Part shown: in pieces, positions 28,349-36,964 of the stretch
Layout of the letters: every line of letters starts with the position of its first letter
How positions within the stretch are numbered: position 1 is the stretch's first letter
Assembly (NCBI GenBank): GCA_963794645.1
Contig: CAWCEQ010000001.1
Coordinates: 281,722 to 345,721 of the forward strand
Reading direction: 5' to 3'
Source: Vulcanimicrobiota bacterium
Lineage (GTDB): Bacteria; Vulcanimicrobiota; Vulcanimicrobiia; Vulcanimicrobiales; Vulcanimicrobiaceae
Length of the DNA: 64,000 bases
Program-made: the position numbers and the translations under genes
The notes under the pieces: generated by a model
The model's database searches: none
The model's input: the letters and a program-made list of their open reading frames with translations, nothing else
What the model was told of the DNA's origin: nothing

Positions 28349-28822
28349 TTGCGGCCGCTCTTCGCCGAAGACGCGGAGGCGCTCTACGCGGTCGCATCGG
28401 ATCCGCTCGTTTGGGAGCAGCATCCGGATAGCGACCGCCACCGGCGCAGCGTCTTCGACCGGCTCTTTGCCGAGTCGCTCGACTCGGGCGGCGCGCTGGC
28501 CGTCGTCGAGCGCGCGAGCGGCACGATCGTCGGATCGTCGAGGTTCAACGCGTACGACCCGGCGGCGAGCCGGATCGAGATCGGGTGGACCTACCTCGCA
28601 CGAGCCTACTGGGGCGGCACGTACAACGGGGAGCTCAAGCGACTGATGCTTCGGCATGCCTTTGCCTTCGTGAACGAGGTCGTCTTCGTAATCGGCTCGC
28701 GGAACCTGCGCTCCCAGCGAGCGATCGAGAAGCTCGGCGCGGTCCGCACCGGCACCAGGCGCGATGCGGCCGGGCGAGAGTCGTACGTCTACACGATCCT
28801 CGCGGGCGAGCAACCGTCTTAG
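28349..28822 (+). CDS. GNAT family N-acetyltransferase
   Basis: It has an Acetyltransf_3-like pattern (LRPLFAEDAEALY..., IEIGWTYLARAYWGGTYNGE, SQRAIEKLGA). The TTG start is the first canonical start. The family-like N-terminus (FDLQPTLTGALLLL) continues upstream with no canonical start, so the 5' end is uncertain. Confidence 0.7.
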   Translation: MRPLFAEDAEALYAVASDPLVWEQHPDSDRHRRSVFDRLFAESLDSGGALAVVERASGTIVGSSRFNAYDPAASRIEIGWTYLARAYWGGTYNGELKRLMLRHAFAFVNEVVFVIGSRNLRSQRAIEKLGAVRTGTRRDAAGRESYVYTILAGEQPS

Positions 28823-28834
28823 GAAATCCGAGAG

Positions 28835-28901
28835 GCCTTCTTAAGGCTCCTTAAGAAGGCAGCACGCCCGGCAAGCAAGGGACTGTCTCGTTGCTGCCGG
28901 G
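28835..28901 (+). promoter_or_regulatory. Two tandem stable hairpins filling the GNAT-lipoprotein intergenic region
   Basis: HP1 pairs GCCTTCTTAAGG (28835..28846) with CCTTAAGAAGGC (28849..28860), a perfect 12-nt inverted repeat. HP2 pairs CCCGGCAAGCAA (28867..28878) with TTGCTGCCGGG (28891..28901), giving 11 bp with one bulge. HP2 is followed at once by AAGGAGAG and ATG 28916. Confidence 0.45.
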
Positions 28902-28915
28902 CGAAGGAGAGTGCC

Positions 28916-29980
28916 ATGATCGATCGTTCAAGATACAGCGCGGCGCTATTTGCCGTTGGCTTAGCGGCCCTTTCCCTGAGCGGGTGCCAAGGCGGCGCCC
29001 CCGGCGCGCTTTCCGCTCCGGCCGGCGTGCAGACTGCGGGGCGCGCGGTCTCGCACTCATACGTGCCGGCCTGCCCCTGCGCGTACGTGGCGAACCAAAT
29101 CGGAAGCAGCGGCACGGCGGGCGAGATCACGATTTACCCGGGTACCGCGACCGGCAACTTCAGCCCCGGTGCGAACGTGATTACCGGCTCGGCGACCAAT
29201 CTCTTGGATCCCGCGGGCATCGCGGTTGATTCGACCAACAAAATCTTCGTAGCGAATCAAGGCGGCGCGAGCGGCATCGGCAGCGTAACGACCTACGCGC
29301 CGGGATCTGCCGGAAACGTGGCCCCGCTGCAGACGATCGCCGGCCCGGCGACCGGGCTGACGATCTCTTCCGGCATCGCGGTCAACCCAGGCAACGGCGA
29401 TATCTTCGTCTCGAATCTGAGCGGCAGCATCACCGTCTTCGCAGCGACCGCCAACGGAAACGCGACGCCGATTCGCACGATCGGCGGCACGAACACGCAG
29501 CTCTCGGGACCGTTCGGAATCGCGGTCGGCAACAACAAGATCTTCGTCGCCAACTCGGGAAGTTCGGCCGTGACGGTCTATCCTATCGGCGCCAACGGTA
29601 ACGTCGCGCCGTCGCAAGTTATCAGCGGGCCGGCCACCGGCATCAGCGGAGGAGCCTTCGGCGTGGCCTGGCATCCAAACGGGAAGATCTACGTTACGTC
29701 CGGCGCAAACAACGTCACCATCTTCCCGAACGGGGCTAACGGCAACGTGGCGCCGACGAAGAGCATCAGCGGCTCGGCGACGCAGCTGAGCCGCCCGGTG
29801 GGCATCGGCGTGGCGAGCGGCGGCAGAATCTGGGTAACGAACGTTTCCAGTCCGTATAGCGTGACGGCGTACAGGCGGTTCGCACTGCTCGCGCCGGGCA
29901 ACAACAACATCGCACCGATCCGGAACGTCAGCGGCGCAAACACGCAGCTCAACGTGCCCTTGGGTATCGCTATCCGGTAA
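28916..29980 (+). CDS. Lipoprotein, six-bladed NHL-like beta-propeller
   Basis: It has lipobox LSLSGC. Six units of about 47 aa fit the pattern V-T-V/I-Y/F-x-x-x-A-N-G-N-V-A-P-x-x-x-I-x-G-x-x-T-x-L-x-x-P-x-G-I-A-V. Confidence 0.8.
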   Translation: MIDRSRYSAALFAVGLAALSLSGCQGGAPGALSAPAGVQTAGRAVSHSYVPACPCAYVANQIGSSGTAGEITIYPGTATGNFSPGANVITGSATNLLDPAGIAVDSTNKIFVANQGGASGIGSVTTYAPGSAGNVAPLQTIAGPATGLTISSGIAVNPGNGDIFVSNLSGSITVFAATANGNATPIRTIGGTNTQLSGPFGIAVGNNKIFVANSGSSAVTVYPIGANGNVAPSQVISGPATGISGGAFGVAWHPNGKIYVTSGANNVTIFPNGANGNVAPTKSISGSATQLSRPVGIGVASGGRIWVTNVSSPYSVTAYRRFALLAPGNNNIAPIRNVSGANTQLNVPLGIAIR

Positions 29981-31280
29981 GGCGCGCGAGAGCAGCGATT
30001 ACGGCGCGGTCGTCCTGCGGCAGGATCGTTCGCAGATCGAACAGCAGGCGCCCGCGCTCGATCCGTCCGACGATCGGCGGCGTGCCGCTCCGCAGCGCGC
30101 GCGCCGTCCGGTCCGGAGCCTCGCTCGCTAGCGCGACGGCGAGCGAGCGCAACTGGGCCTGCGGGAGGGAGCCGCCGCCGAGGTAGGCGATGCCGTCCGC
30201 GATCTGCGCTCCGGGAATCGCCTCTAGATACGGCAGCGCGCGCAGGCGCAGATCTTCCAGCGTCGCGCCGATCATCGCGTAGATCGGAATTCGCGCCCGC
30301 CGCGAGGGAGCGGCGTGCAGTTCCAACGTCGCCGACAGCGCCGCAAGCGTCATCTTGTCCACGCGCAAGGCGCGCAGCAGCGGATTCCCGCGGAGCCTGG
30401 CGATCGCCGCCGCCCGCCCGACGACGATACCCGCCTGCGGGCCGCCCAGCAGTTTGTCGCCGGAGAAGGTGACGAGCGTCGCTCCATCCGCAAGCGCATC
30501 GCGCACCGTGCGCTCGTGCGGCAGTCCGTACGGCTCTAGATCGCAGAGCGCGCCGCCGCCGAGATCCTCGACGACCGGCACTCCGCAGCGCTTCGCCAGT
30601 TCCGCCAGTTCGCGCGCGCCTGCCTCGTGCGTGAAGCCCTCGATGCGATAGTTCGAGGGATGCGTACGCAGAAAGAGCGCGGTCTGCGGCGAGAGAGCCC
30701 GTTCGAAATCCGAGACGTAGACGCGGTTGGTCGTGCCGACTTCGACGAGCGCAGCGCCGCTGCGTTCCAGCACCTCGGGCACGCGGAAGCCGCCGCCGAT
30801 CTCGACCAGTTCGCTGCGTGCGACAACCACCTCGCGGCCTTTCGCGAAGGTATCCAGCACCAGCAGAACGGCGGCGGCGCAGTTGTTTACGACGAGCGCG
30901 TCTTGGGCGCCGGTGAGTTCTCGCAGCGCGCCGGCCGCACGCTCGTAACGCGAGCCGCGCTCCCCTTCGGCCAAGTCGTATTCGAGGTTGGCGTATCCGC
31001 GAGAGACCTCGGCAACCGCAGCCAGCGCTTCGGCGGCGAGCGGCGCGCGCCCGAGATTCGTGTGAACGATAATGCCGGTCGCGTTGACGACCGGCACGAG
31101 TGCTTGCAGGCGCAGCGCTTCGAGGGCTTCGACCGCCGAAGCGACGATATCGGCGTAGGCGCTTTCCCGATCGGCGCCTCGCGCGGCGTCGAGCACGTCT
31201 CCGACCGCGGCCTTGACCGTCTCCCGGCCCAACTGCGCTTCGAACGCGGCGACCGCGGGCTCGGCCAGCACCCGGTGCAT
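29970..31280 (-). CDS. selA: L-seryl-tRNA(Sec) selenium transferase SelA
   Basis: It has NATGIIVHTNLGRAP, VNNCAAAVLL, ELVEIGGGFRVPEV and the PLP-Lys motif FSGDKLLGGPQAG. The 3' end overlaps the convergent lipoprotein gene by 11 nt. Confidence 0.9.
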   Translation of the reverse strand: MHRVLAEPAVAAFEAQLGRETVKAAVGDVLDAARGADRESAYADIVASAVEALEALRLQALVPVVNATGIIVHTNLGRAPLAAEALAAVAEVSRGYANLEYDLAEGERGSRYERAAGALRELTGAQDALVVNNCAAAVLLVLDTFAKGREVVVARSELVEIGGGFRVPEVLERSGAALVEVGTTNRVYVSDFERALSPQTALFLRTHPSNYRIEGFTHEAGARELAELAKRCGVPVVEDLGGGALCDLEPYGLPHERTVRDALADGATLVTFSGDKLLGGPQAGIVVGRAAAIARLRGNPLLRALRVDKMTLAALSATLELHAAPSRRARIPIYAMIGATLEDLRLRALPYLEAIPGAQIADGIAYLGGGSLPQAQLRSLAVALASEAPDRTARALRSGTPPIVGRIERGRLLFDLRTILPQDDRAVIAALARLTG

Positions 31281-31299
31281 AGCCGGGAGCGCCGCGCTC

Positions 31300-31626
31300 T
31301 TAGGCGACGTGCTTGCTCAGCATGGACGTTACCGCGTTCTCCGGCACGTAGCCGACGATGCGGTCCACCGGCTGGCCGCCCTTGAAGAGGATCAGGCAGG
31401 GAATGCCCGAGACCTGGTACTGCCCGGCCACGCTGGGGTTCTCGTCCGTATTCAGTTTGACGAACTTGGCTTTGCCGGCGTGCGCGGCGGCGACTTTTTC
31501 CACGACCGGCCCGAGCATGCGGCACGGACCGCACCACGGCGCCCAAAAGTCCACCAGTACGGGCTGCGCGCTCTGCAGTACCTCGTCGTTGAAGTTGGTC
31601 TGCGTTACCTCTGCTAAAGAGCTCAT
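31300..31626 (-). CDS. trxA: Thioredoxin
   Basis: It has the WCGPC active site in VLVDFWAPWCGPCRML. I prefer ATG 31626 (MSSLAEV, 108 aa) to the upstream track start. Confidence 0.9.
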   Translation of the reverse strand: MSSLAEVTQTNFNDEVLQSAQPVLVDFWAPWCGPCRMLGPVVEKVAAAHAGKAKFVKLNTDENPSVAGQYQVSGIPCLILFKGGQPVDRIVGYVPENAVTSMLSKHVA

Positions 31627-31642
31627 GTCCTTCGTAACACTC

Positions 31643-34147
31643 CTAGAGTTCGGTTTGTTGCGGTTCGCCGGTGATGTCGGTGATCTGCTTGGCCTGTTTG
31701 CCCAGGTTCGTGATCGCGATGACCTCGTCCCCACCCTGGACGCGCTGGAGGCGGACGCCCTTGGCGTCGCGGCCGGTTTTGCGTATGTCTCCGACCTTCA
31801 GGCGAATCACTTGGTTGCCGGAGGTGATCATGAGAATCTGATCGTCCGGCGCGACCAGAATCTGATCCACCACCTTGCCGATGTCGTCGCGCTGACGGGC
31901 GAACGCCTTGACGCCCTTGCCGCCGCGCGAGGTGTGCCGGTACTCGGCGATGGGCGTGCGCTTTCCGAACGCCAGCGACGTGACGAGCAGCACCTCGCGG
32001 CGTTCGTCCTCGATCACGTCCATCGCGATCACCGTGTCGCCCTTCTCCAGCGTCATCGCCTTGACGCCGCGAGCCGCCCGGCCCATCGGGCGAACGTCCT
32101 TCTCGTTGAAGTGCACGGCCATGCCTTGCGTCGAGGCCAGGATGATGTCGCGCGAACCGTCGGAGAGATCCACCGCGAGCAGCTCGTCGCCTTCGTCGAG
32201 ATTGATCGCATTGAGCCCGTTGCGGCGCACGTTGGCGAACTCCGAGAGCCTCGACTTCTTGATGACGCCGTGGTTGGTGACCATCACGAGGTATTTTTCG
32301 CCCTCGAACTTGTCTATCGGGAAGACCGCCGTCACCTGTTCGCCCGGCGGTAACGTGAGCAGGTTGACGAGGGCGGTGCCGCGCGCCTGGCGCGTGGTAT
32401 CCGGGATTTCGTACCCGCGCAGGCGATAGACGCGGCCCTTGTTCGTAAAGAAGAGCACGTGGTCGTGCGTCTTGGTGACGAAGAAGTTTCGCACGACGTC
32501 CTCGCGCTTGAGGTTCGAGATGCCGGTGACGCCGCGGCCGCCGCGGCTCTGCGTGCGGAAGGTGTCCACCGTGACGCGCTTTATGTAGCCGCCGACCGTG
32601 TACGTGACCACGACGTCTATGTTCGGCGTGATCTGCTCGATCGAGATCTCGTTTTCGGCCGGTTCGATCGTGGTGCGGCGCTCGTCGCCGAAGCGCTTCT
32701 TGAGGTCGAGCGCCTCGGCTTTGACGATCTGCGCGATCCGGCGGGGGCTGCCCAAGATGTCCTGCAGTTCGGCGATCGTCTTGATGAGCTGGGCGTACTC
32801 GTCTTCGATCTTCTGCCGCTCGAGGCCGACCAGCGTGCGCAGACGCATGTCAACGATCGCCTGCGACTGCACGTCGCTCAGGCTAAACCGTTCGGAGAGC
32901 CGCGTCTTGGCTTCGTCGGTCGTCTGGCTGCCGCGGACGATCTCGATGACTTCGTCTATGTTGTCGAGGGCGATGCGATAGCCTTCGAGCAGGTGCGCGC
33001 GCTCCTCGGCCTTGCGCAGGTCGTAGGTCGTGCGCGCGACGACGACGTTCTTGCGATGCGCGATGTGATGTTCGAGCAGCTGCTTGAGCGTGAGCACCTG
33101 CGGCTCGAGTGCGACCGAACCGTCTGCGCGAGGCGGCCCCACCGGAACGAGCGCGAGCATGTTGAAGCCGAAGCTCGCCTGCAGCGGCGTATGCTTGAAG
33201 AGTTGGTTGAGCACGACCTTCGGTATCGCGTTGCGCTGCAGTTCGATGACGACCTTCATGCCCTTGCGGTTCGACTCGTCGTCCATGCGCGCGATGCCCA
33301 CGATGCGTTTGTCGGCGTATGCCTCGGAGATGGCCTCGACGATTCGCCCCTTGTAGACCTGATAGGGAATCTGCGTGATGACGATCTTGTGCTTGCCGCG
33401 ATCCTCGACGATCTCGGCCTTGCCGCGTATGGGGATCGAGCCGCGTCCGGTCTTGTAGGCTTCGCGGATCGCTTCGTGCCCCATGATCGTGCCGCCGGTC
33501 GGAAAGTCGGGGCCTTGGACGATGTCGCAGAGGGCGTCGTCGGTGGTCTGCGGATCGTCCACGAGCGCGGCGATCGCGTCGGCGATCTCGCCCAGATTGT
33601 GCGGCGGAACGTTCGTAGCCATGCCGACGGCGATGCCGCTCGAGCCGTTCAAGAGCAGCTGCGGAAGGCGGCCGGGGAGGACGCTCGGCTCGACGCCTTG
33701 GTTATCGAACGTCGAAACGAACCGGACCGTCTCTTTATCTATGTCGGCGAGAAGATCGAGCGCCGTGCGCGCGAGCCGAGCCTCGGTGTACCGGTAGGCC
33801 GCCGGCGGATCCGGATCGATCGAACCGAAGTTACCGTGGCCGTCCACCAGCGGGTAGCGCAGCGTAAAATCCTGGGCCATGCGCACGAGCGCGTCGTAGA
33901 CCGAGGAGTCGCCGTGGGGATGGTAGCTCTTGAGCACCTCGCCGATGATACCGGCGCACTTGCGATGCTGCTTGCTGGGGTCCATGCCCATCTCGCGCAT
34001 CGCGTAGAGGATCCGGCGCTGCACCGGCTTGAGACCGTCGCGCACGTCCGGGAGGGCCCGCGAGGCGATGACGGACATCGCATACGAGAGGTAACTCTCC
34101 CGCATTTCGTCTTCGACGTTGACTTGCGCTATGATGTCGTTGTTCAA
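31643..34147 (-). CDS. gyrA: DNA gyrase subunit A
   Basis: It has [33 protein letters not shown] and [20 protein letters not shown], with the active-site Tyr in AYRYTEARL. The 834-aa protein has C-terminal beta-pinwheel repeats. Confidence 0.97.
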   Translation of the reverse strand: MNNDIIAQVNVEDEMRESYLSYAMSVIASRALPDVRDGLKPVQRRILYAMREMGMDPSKQHRKCAGIIGEVLKSYHPHGDSSVYDALVRMAQDFTLRYPLVDGHGNFGSIDPDPPAAYRYTEARLARTALDLLADIDKETVRFVSTFDNQGVEPSVLPGRLPQLLLNGSSGIAVGMATNVPPHNLGEIADAIAALVDDPQTTDDALCDIVQGPDFPTGGTIMGHEAIREAYKTGRGSIPIRGKAEIVEDRGKHKIVITQIPYQVYKGRIVEAISEAYADKRIVGIARMDDESNRKGMKVVIELQRNAIPKVVLNQLFKHTPLQASFGFNMLALVPVGPPRADGSVALEPQVLTLKQLLEHHIAHRKNVVVARTTYDLRKAEERAHLLEGYRIALDNIDEVIEIVRGSQTTDEAKTRLSERFSLSDVQSQAIVDMRLRTLVGLERQKIEDEYAQLIKTIAELQDILGSPRRIAQIVKAEALDLKKRFGDERRTTIEPAENEISIEQITPNIDVVVTYTVGGYIKRVTVDTFRTQSRGGRGVTGISNLKREDVVRNFFVTKTHDHVLFFTNKGRVYRLRGYEIPDTTRQARGTALVNLLTLPPGEQVTAVFPIDKFEGEKYLVMVTNHGVIKKSRLSEFANVRRNGLNAINLDEGDELLAVDLSDGSRDIILASTQGMAVHFNEKDVRPMGRAARGVKAMTLEKGDTVIAMDVIEDERREVLLVTSLAFGKRTPIAEYRHTSRGGKGVKAFARQRDDIGKVVDQILVAPDDQILMITSGNQVIRLKVGDIRKTGRDAKGVRLQRVQGGDEVIAITNLGKQAKQITDITGEPQQTEL

Positions 34148-34207
34148 TACGTTCCTTCAAACATTCGGGCCGAATCTTCGGCCGCCATCAGGGCAACGGG
34201 CGGCGCC

Positions 34208-34663
34208 GTGACGAACTCGTCGTTCGTGGACGCCTTCGCCGCTGCGTCGAGTTGTACCGTTTCCTCCGAGGAGGAGTTGCGCGCGTTCGCTTCCGCGTTC
34301 GCGCGGCGTTTGCGCCCCGGCGACGTGGTCGCTCTTTCCGGCCCGCTCGGATCCGGAAAAACCGCGTTCGTTCGAGCCGCCGTCGAAGCGCTGCACGGCG
34401 CCGGCGACGTCTTCAGCCCGACGTTCACCTTCCGTCATCACTACGCCGGCGACCCGCCGGTCGAGCACCTCGACCTTTACCGCATCGAGGACCCGCGCGA
34501 ATGCGTGGAACTCGGTCTGGAAGAGGCATTCGACGGGCGTTCCATCGCGTTCGTCGAGTGGTGGCGCAACGCCCCGGATCTCATTCCCCCGCGCCGGTAC
34601 GAAATCGAGATCGAGGGCGCCGGGGACGATCCTCGCGCCATTATACTTCGGGAGCCGTCGTGA
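34208..34663 (+). CDS. tsaE: tRNA t6A37 biosynthesis ATPase TsaE
   Basis: This is the real C-terminal part of the 734-aa shadow ORF. It has the P-loop LSGPLGSGKTAFVR and the SPTFTF and DLYR motifs. The GTG 34208 start is tentative. Confidence 0.75.
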   Translation: MTNSSFVDAFAAASSCTVSSEEELRAFASAFARRLRPGDVVALSGPLGSGKTAFVRAAVEALHGAGDVFSPTFTFRHHYAGDPPVEHLDLYRIEDPRECVELGLEEAFDGRSIAFVEWWRNAPDLIPPRRYEIEIEGAGDDPRAIILREPS

Positions 34664-35310
34664 TCGTTCTTGCCGTAGAGGGTGCGCTCGGCGCCTTTTC
34701 GGCGGCGATCTGCGAGGGCGAAACCGTCGCGGCCTCGCGTTCCGAAACGGGCGCCGTGGCGCTGGAGCGAGGGCTCGCGCTCGTCGCTTCGGTGCTCGAA
34801 GAAAGGTCGCTGGCGCCCGAGCGCATAGACCGCCTCGCCACCGGCATCGGACCGGGCGGATTTACGGGGCTGCGGATCGCCGTCTCGTACGCCAAAGCGC
34901 TGGCGGCGGCGTGGGGGCGCCCGCTCGTACCGGTCTCCTCCTTCGATATCCTCGAGTGCGGCCGGCGCCTGGACCGGGCGCTTACGGTCGTCGTGGGGCG
35001 GCCCGGCGTGATATCGGCGCGCTACCGGGACGGGGCGGAACTTCGCCGCGCATCCGGGCGCATCGCGGACGTACTCGACGAACTGCTGCCGGGCGGCGCG
35101 CCGGCTCCCCTCGAGGTCGTCGGCGCACCGGAGGACGTACTCCACGCGCTTGCCGAACGCGCTATCGTCGTGCGTCCTATCGAGCCTCTCGTCACGCCCG
35201 CCGCAGCCGCGGCCGCCCTCATCGCGTCCGCCCTGACGCCGCCTGCGAGCCTGCACGAGATCGCGCCGGATTACGGCGAACTGCCCGCCGCCAAGCCGCC
35301 CAAACGATAG
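34660..35310 (+). CDS. tsaB: tRNA t6A37 biosynthesis protein TsaB (YeaZ)
   Basis: The GTG start overlaps the tsaE stop (GTGA). Motifs are ILAVEGALGAFSAAI and GIGPGGFTGLRIAVSYAKALA. The tsaE-tsaB-rimI order is conserved. Confidence 0.8.
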   Translation: MIVLAVEGALGAFSAAICEGETVAASRSETGAVALERGLALVASVLEERSLAPERIDRLATGIGPGGFTGLRIAVSYAKALAAAWGRPLVPVSSFDILECGRRLDRALTVVVGRPGVISARYRDGAELRRASGRIADVLDELLPGGAPAPLEVVGAPEDVLHALAERAIVVRPIEPLVTPAAAAAALIASALTPPASLHEIAPDYGELPAAKPPKR

Positions 35311-35323
35311 CGCCGCGCCTGCG

Positions 35324-35860
35324 ATGAAAATGGAACTTCGGCCGCCGGCCGAACGGCCCGAGCGCCTGGCCATCGCACCGATGACCCTCTCCGACGTGGC
35401 GGCGGTGATGCGCATCGAACGCGCATGCTTCTCGACCGTCTGGCCGCAGGACGCCTTCTACAACGAACTGCGCACGAACAAACTCGCACACTACTTCGTG
35501 GGACGCCTGGACGACGTCATCGTCGCGTACGGCGGCATCTGGGCGATCGCCGAGGACTCGCACGTCACGACGATCGCGGTGGATCCGCAGTACCGCCGGC
35601 GCGCCTTCGGCGAGGTGCTGCTGCTGCGCCTCATAGACGAAGCCGTCGAGCGCGGCGCGGCCTGGATGACGCTGGAGGTGCGCGAGAGCAATCGCGCCGC
35701 CCAGCAGCTCTACCGCAAGTACGGCTTCACTACCGTGACCATGCGCGCCGGCTACTACAGCGACGATAACGAAAGCGCGCTGGTCATGTGGGCGGGCAGC
35801 CTCAAGAGCGAACTCTACCGCAACCGCCTGCGCGCGTTGCGGACGCGTCTGCAGCATTGA
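35324..35860 (+). CDS. rimI: Ribosomal-protein-alanine N-acetyltransferase RimI
   Basis: It has a GNAT core (TIAVDPQYRRRAFGEVLL, LEVRESNRAAQQLYRKYGF) and sits in the expected synteny with tsaB. The start could be an internal Met. Confidence 0.8.
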   Translation: MKMELRPPAERPERLAIAPMTLSDVAAVMRIERACFSTVWPQDAFYNELRTNKLAHYFVGRLDDVIVAYGGIWAIAEDSHVTTIAVDPQYRRRAFGEVLLLRLIDEAVERGAAWMTLEVRESNRAAQQLYRKYGFTTVTMRAGYYSDDNESALVMWAGSLKSELYRNRLRALRTRLQH

Positions 35861-36465
35861 CCTCGTTCGCCCGGCTCGCCGCGAGCGTACGCGAGCAGAT
35901 CGGCCAGGAGAATCGCTACGCGCACAGCGTCCGCGTCGCCCGTTGTGCGGAACTGCTCGCACAGCGGCACGGCGTGGATACGCGCAAAGCGCGCATCGCA
36001 GGCATGCTCCACGACCTCGCCCGGCTGTACGCGCCGGCGCGGCTGCTGGCCGAGTGCGAGGCGCGCGCCCTGCCGATCGCGCCGTTCGAGCGCGCGCATC
36101 CGACGCTGCTGCACGCGCGCTTGGGCGCGGCGCTCGCGAGGGAGCGATTCGGCATCGAGGACGCCGAGGTGCTTTCCGCCATCGAAAAGCACACGACCGG
36201 CGCGGCACGGATGTCCCCGCTCGACTGCGCCGTCTATCTGGCCGACGGGCTCGAGCCCGAGCGCGCGTACCCGGAACGCGCGCAGCTCTGGGATCTCGCA
36301 CTGCGCGACCTGCCGGCCGCGATGCGGTCCATGCTGCGCCTCGCGCTGCGCCACAGCGCGCGCAAAGGCGTCTCGCCCGCGCCGCCGGCGCTCGAGGCGG
36401 CGGAGGCATTCGGCGTGTCGCTGGTCGAATCGCGCGCTACGGAGGAAACGGCATCAACGAGTTAA
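35857..36465 (+). CDS. yqeK: HD-domain phosphohydrolase YqeK (Ap4A hydrolase family)
   Basis: The TTG start overlaps the rimI stop. It has the HD motif AGMLHDLAR plus HSVRVA and KHTTG. The yqeK-rsfS adjacency is conserved. Confidence 0.75.
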   Translation: MTSFARLAASVREQIGQENRYAHSVRVARCAELLAQRHGVDTRKARIAGMLHDLARLYAPARLLAECEARALPIAPFERAHPTLLHARLGAALARERFGIEDAEVLSAIEKHTTGAARMSPLDCAVYLADGLEPERAYPERAQLWDLALRDLPAAMRSMLRLALRHSARKGVSPAPPALEAAEAFGVSLVESRATEETASTS

Positions 36466-36815
36466 TGGACCTCGTTCGCGAAAGCGCGCTCGATAAGAAA
36501 GGCGAAGACTTCATAACGCTCGACGTGGGCGGCCGGACGATTCTGGCCGACACGTTCGCGATCGTCAGCGGACGCTCCAAGATTCAGACGCGGGCGATCG
36601 CCGACGCCGTCACCGAAGCGGTGAAGGCCGCGGGCGGGCGCGTCGCGCGCGTAGAGGGATACGCCGACGGAACGTGGATACTCATTGACCTCGGGACCGT
36701 CATCGTGCACGTCTTCACACCCGAACAGCGCAGTTTCTATAACCTCGAGCGGCTCTGGGGATACCCCTCGCCCTTCGACTCCGCTCAGGGTGACAAGGAG
36801 GTGAGGCCGCGATGA
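36465..36815 (+). CDS. rsfS: Ribosome silencing factor RsfS (IojAP)
   Basis: The ATG overlaps the yqeK TAA. Motifs are DFITLDVGGRTILADTFAIVSGRS and WILIDLGTVIVHVFTPEQRSFYNLERLW. Confidence 0.85.
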   Translation: MDLVRESALDKKGEDFITLDVGGRTILADTFAIVSGRSKIQTRAIADAVTEAVKAAGGRVARVEGYADGTWILIDLGTVIVHVFTPEQRSFYNLERLWGYPSPFDSAQGDKEVRPR

Positions 36816-36964
36816 GTACGCAGCGCGGCTCCCACTCGACGCGCGCCGCGCGTGCGCGGCGCGACTTTTTCAAACGCCTGGCCGTCTGGATATTCATCGT
36901 CTTTTTCGCCTTGAGCGTCGCCGGCGGCCTGATCATCGTCTCGACCGAGCTGCGCCCGCGATGA
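36812..36964 (+). CDS. Unannotated 50-aa single-pass membrane mini-protein
   Basis: It is below the track size cutoff. AAGGAGGTGA lies 8 nt upstream. ATGA overlaps occur at both ends (rsfS stop and aminotransferase start). The sequence is MSTQRGSHSTRAARARRDFFKRLAVWIFIVFFALSVAGGLIIVSTELRPR, a basic N-terminus followed by one hydrophobic helix. Confidence 0.45.
   Translation: MSTQRGSHSTRAARARRDFFKRLAVWIFIVFFALSVAGGLIIVSTELRPR

Noticed and set aside
32459-34207. Bulk of the 734-aa plus ORF 32459..34663
   Set aside because: It is antisense to gyrA. Only the last roughly 151 codons (tsaE) show real motifs.
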